64,000 nt of DNA, taken from NCBI GenBank assembly GCA_963930995.1, contig OZ006971.1:481319-545318 (forward strand), given 5' to 3'. Made by a program: the position numbers and the translations under genes. The stretch is from an uncultured Clostridia bacterium. GTDB lineage: Bacteria; Bacillota; Clostridia; Oscillospirales; Acutalibacteraceae. How positions within the stretch are numbered: the first letter of the stretch is position 1; each line of letters starts with the position of its first letter. Of the stretch, positions 61,310 to 64,000 are shown in pieces. The notes beneath the pieces are model-generated. The model did no database searches. It was given only the letters and a program-made list of their open reading frames with translations, and was not told the origin of the DNA.

Positions 61310-63055
61310 ATGAAGAAGCAAAAGCGAATGCTCGCGATGTGTCTGGCAGCAGCAGTGGCGGTTAGTATGGCCGTTTCCGCGTGCGGCGGCGACACGGCAT
61401 CCAGCGCCACGGCGTCTGGTGCCGCGTCCGGTACTGCAAGCGGCACAGCGGCGACCAATGCAGACCGGGAAACGGTCAACATCCGCTTCGCCCAGTATGG
61501 CAACAGCGTTGACGACGTCGCGGGTATGGAAAACGACCCGGTGAAGAAAGCCATTGAGGAAGCCGTCAACATCACGCTCGAGTACGATACGGGTACGGAG
61601 GGCTTCGACGACCGCATGCAGAACGAGCTCTTTACAGGCGGCGCCGCGGACCTGTTCCCCACGTGGGGCGAGTCGGAGAAGATTTCCAGCTGGGTGGAGG
61701 ACGGCCTGGTCGTCAACCTTTCGGAGATTGTCAATGCCGACCCCGACCGCTATCCGACGCTTTATAAGATTTTCAACAGCGACGAATACAAGATGTATAA
61801 CGAACTGTATACCGGCGATCCCGACAGCGCCTACGCGATCTATGGGATTTCCGCTTACGCCGAGCCGAGCTTCTCGGGCGTGCCGGTCTACAATTCGGCG
61901 ATTCTCGAAGAGGTCAACGGCGGCAAAGTCCCCGCAACGGTCGACGAGTTTATCGACTATACGGAGGCCTGCGCGAAAGCCGGCTATGTCGGCTGGTGGC
62001 CGAGAAACGACAAGCTGACAAACTGGCAGCAGATCGACATGACGATTGCGCGCCCGCAGGGCACGACGATTATGCCGCCGACCGGCGACGCGTGGAACGG
62101 CTTCGTGCTTTCCGGAGAACTCGGCACGGATTCGGAAAAGTGGACGCTTGCGACCGTCAGCGACGAGAGCAAGGAAGTGGTCCGCCAGCTGCACGAGATG
62201 TATGAAGCGGGCGCGCTCGACAGCGGCATCGGCGTCAAGAGCGATTTCGACGACGCGTATGCGGAATTCGGCGCGGGCAACCTCGCGAGCGCGGATTTCG
62301 GCTTCGGCTATCCCTCGCAGTTTAAGGATTTCTACAACAATCCTTGGCTTGCCTCCAATCCGGACGGCCAGCTTTCGGATTTGACGCTCGGAACCGCCTT
62401 AACGGAAGACGGCAATTATGCGAAGACGTATTCGACCGGCACGTGGGTGGGCAGCCATTACTTCATCCCGACCAGCTGCGAGAACCCGGACCGTGTGCTC
62501 GACCTTGTCGAATTTGTCGCGAGCACCGAGGGCCAGGACCTTCTGCACAATACGAAAGACTACGTTTACCGCGATGACCAGGGCGCCGACTACTGGAATG
62601 CCGCAACGGCACCGTACGGCTACGGCGACGGCCGCTGCAAGTACGTGTGGTTCAGCTACATGTTCAGCGGCACGGAATACGAAGTCAATTTTGCCGACAA
62701 CGATTGGTGGGAGGCCGTGTCCAACCCGATTGACAACAGCGAACACTGGGCGACGGAATCCGACCAGGCGGCGATCGAGTACGCCAGAGGCGTCGTTTCC
62801 GAGTTCCGTGACGAAGTCAATGTGACGCTGCCGACGTACTACAACATGATCTCCCTGTCTTCGGACGCGGAAGAGATCCGCACGAAGCTGACCAATACGA
62901 CGAACGAGTATTTGAGCCAGATGCTCGGCGGCCAGCTCGATATCGACGAAAGCTGGGACGATTATGTCGCGGCCTATGAGCAAGACGGTGCGGCCGAACT
63001 CGAGCAGATGGTCAATGACGCCATTGCCACCGCGCGCGAGACGTACGGCGAATAA
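61310..63055 (+). CDS. ABC transporter substrate-binding lipoprotein
   Basis: Lipobox VSAC, Ser/Ala/Thr linker, acidic CUT1-type SBP; AAGGAGG RBS. Confidence 0.9.
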   Translation: MKKQKRMLAMCLAAAVAVSMAVSACGGDTASSATASGAASGTASGTAATNADRETVNIRFAQYGNSVDDVAGMENDPVKKAIEEAVNITLEYDTGTEGFDDRMQNELFTGGAADLFPTWGESEKISSWVEDGLVVNLSEIVNADPDRYPTLYKIFNSDEYKMYNELYTGDPDSAYAIYGISAYAEPSFSGVPVYNSAILEEVNGGKVPATVDEFIDYTEACAKAGYVGWWPRNDKLTNWQQIDMTIARPQGTTIMPPTGDAWNGFVLSGELGTDSEKWTLATVSDESKEVVRQLHEMYEAGALDSGIGVKSDFDDAYAEFGAGNLASADFGFGYPSQFKDFYNNPWLASNPDGQLSDLTLGTALTEDGNYAKTYSTGTWVGSHYFIPTSCENPDRVLDLVEFVASTEGQDLLHNTKDYVYRDDQGADYWNAATAPYGYGDGRCKYVWFSYMFSGTEYEVNFADNDWWEAVSNPIDNSEHWATESDQAAIEYARGVVSEFRDEVNVTLPTYYNMISLSSDAEEIRTKLTNTTNEYLSQMLGGQLDIDESWDDYVAAYEQDGAAELEQMVNDAIATARETYGE

Positions 63056-63148
63056 AGCCGGAGCTTTACGGCGATTCCTCTGTCAGCACAAAGCGAACAG
63101 CTTTGAGGGAATATATTGTAAATCATTTAAAAGGAGGAGCTTTTTAAA

Positions 63149-64000
63149 ATGGCACAAAAACTCAGCGATCCCTCCGGCCGCGGCCGGGTAGAGGGGTATA
63201 AGGTAATTTTCCCGCAGATGCAGCATCCGTACACGGAGGCGGAAATCCAGGCGGTTGTCAACGTCATGCGCAATGCGGAAGGGCAGACGCAGGGCAAGTA
63301 TCTCGAACAGTTCGAGAAGGACTTTGCGAAATTTGTCGGCGCAAAATATGCGTTCGGCGTCAACACCTGCACGAATGCGTTGAAGCTCGCGGCAATCTTC
63401 TGCCACATCCAGCCCGGCGACGAGGTGATCGTGCCGGCGTATACGTACTGCGCTTCCGCCATCCCGTTCGGCGACCTCGGCGCGAAAATCGTCTGGGCGG
63501 ACATCAATCCCGATACGTGGACGATTGACCCCGACGACTTCGAGCGCAAGATTACGCCGCGCACCAAGGCGGTCGTAGCGGTCCATCTTTTGGGCATTCC
63601 GTGCGATATGAAGCGCATTATGCCGATTGCAAGAAAGCACGGCGTTAAGGTCGTTGAGGACTGCGCGCAGGCGCTCGACTGCCGCATCGACGGCCAGCAT
63701 GTGGGCACGTTCGGCGACTTCGGATGCTTTAGCTTCCACGCGGCAAAGACGATGACGACTTTGGGCGAAGGCGGCATGTTCGTGTGTCAGGACGACCAGA
63801 TTGCCCACAATGTCCCGGGCATCCGCCACAACGGCCTGTGCGCGTTTGAAGGCGAGCGCGAGCGGTATTGGGTCCCGGCGATGAGCAACGTCGACGAATT
63901 CCTGGAGGACCGCTGGCCGCAGAACTTCTGCATCGGCGAGGCGCAGTGCGCATTGGGTTCGGAGCAGCTCAAGAGCGTCATTGCGAACAACGAGATTTTG
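63149..64000 (+). CDS. DegT/DnrJ/EryC1/StrS-family sugar aminotransferase, 3'-truncated by the window edge (absent from the ORF track)
   Basis: Manual translation from ATG 63149: FEKDFA, NTCTNALKLA, GDEVIVPAYTY, VHLLG, EDCAQA, FSFHAAKTMTTLGEGG. Confidence 0.93.
   Translation, partial: MAQKLSDPSGRGRVEGYKVIFPQMQHPYTEAEIQAVVNVMRNAEGQTQGKYLEQFEKDFAKFVGAKYAFGVNTCTNALKLAAIFCHIQPGDEVIVPAYTYCASAIPFGDLGAKIVWADINPDTWTIDPDDFERKITPRTKAVVAVHLLGIPCDMKRIMPIARKHGVKVVEDCAQALDCRIDGQHVGTFGDFGCFSFHAAKTMTTLGEGGMFVCQDDQIAHNVPGIRHNGLCAFEGERERYWVPAMSNVDEFLEDRWPQNFCIGEAQCALGSEQLKSVIANNEIL

Noticed and set aside
63149-64000. Antibiotic or O-antigen biosynthesis cluster suggested by DegT
   Set aside because: Not favoured, because the visible context is import and catabolism with no NDP-sugar or transferase genes; it cannot be fully excluded since the operon runs off the window

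Overview
A gene-dense window of roughly 60% GC (estimated by eye) from a spore-forming Clostridia chromosome, probably an Oscillospiraceae/Acutalibacteraceae-like gut organism (inferred from gene content). Positions 1-41 kb are mostly housekeeping and sporulation genes: cbiT end, GH51, ychF, rubrerythrin, ROK kinase, mutS2, the phoH-ybeY-dgkA-era-yqzL-recO string, pflBA under a ZMP/ZTP riboswitch, niaR, ylbJ/yqfCD, ilvBNC, a csoR-P1B ATPase pair, an EF-G paralog, gpr and spoIIP. Six genes between about 27.7 and 38.4 kb carry 1-bp indels, most likely long-read consensus errors. Positions 41-64 kb hold the best novelty candidate, a carbohydrate-catabolic region. It has an ABC importer followed by a DegT-family sugar aminotransferase, transcribed divergently from an operon of two Gfo/Idh/MocA oxidoreductases, a class II aldolase, an FGGY kinase, an arabinose/fucose-type isomerase and an extended class III aminotransferase, with a GH3 downstream. 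A separate LacI / PfkB / HpcH aldolase / 2-hydroxyacid dehydrogenase module shares an AT-rich motif with it. This suggests an undescribed pathway for importing and deaminating an amino-sugar or aminoglycoside-like glycoside; the substrate is inference only. No rRNA, tRNA, CRISPR array or intact transposase was seen; two short palindromic IS-like remnants are present.
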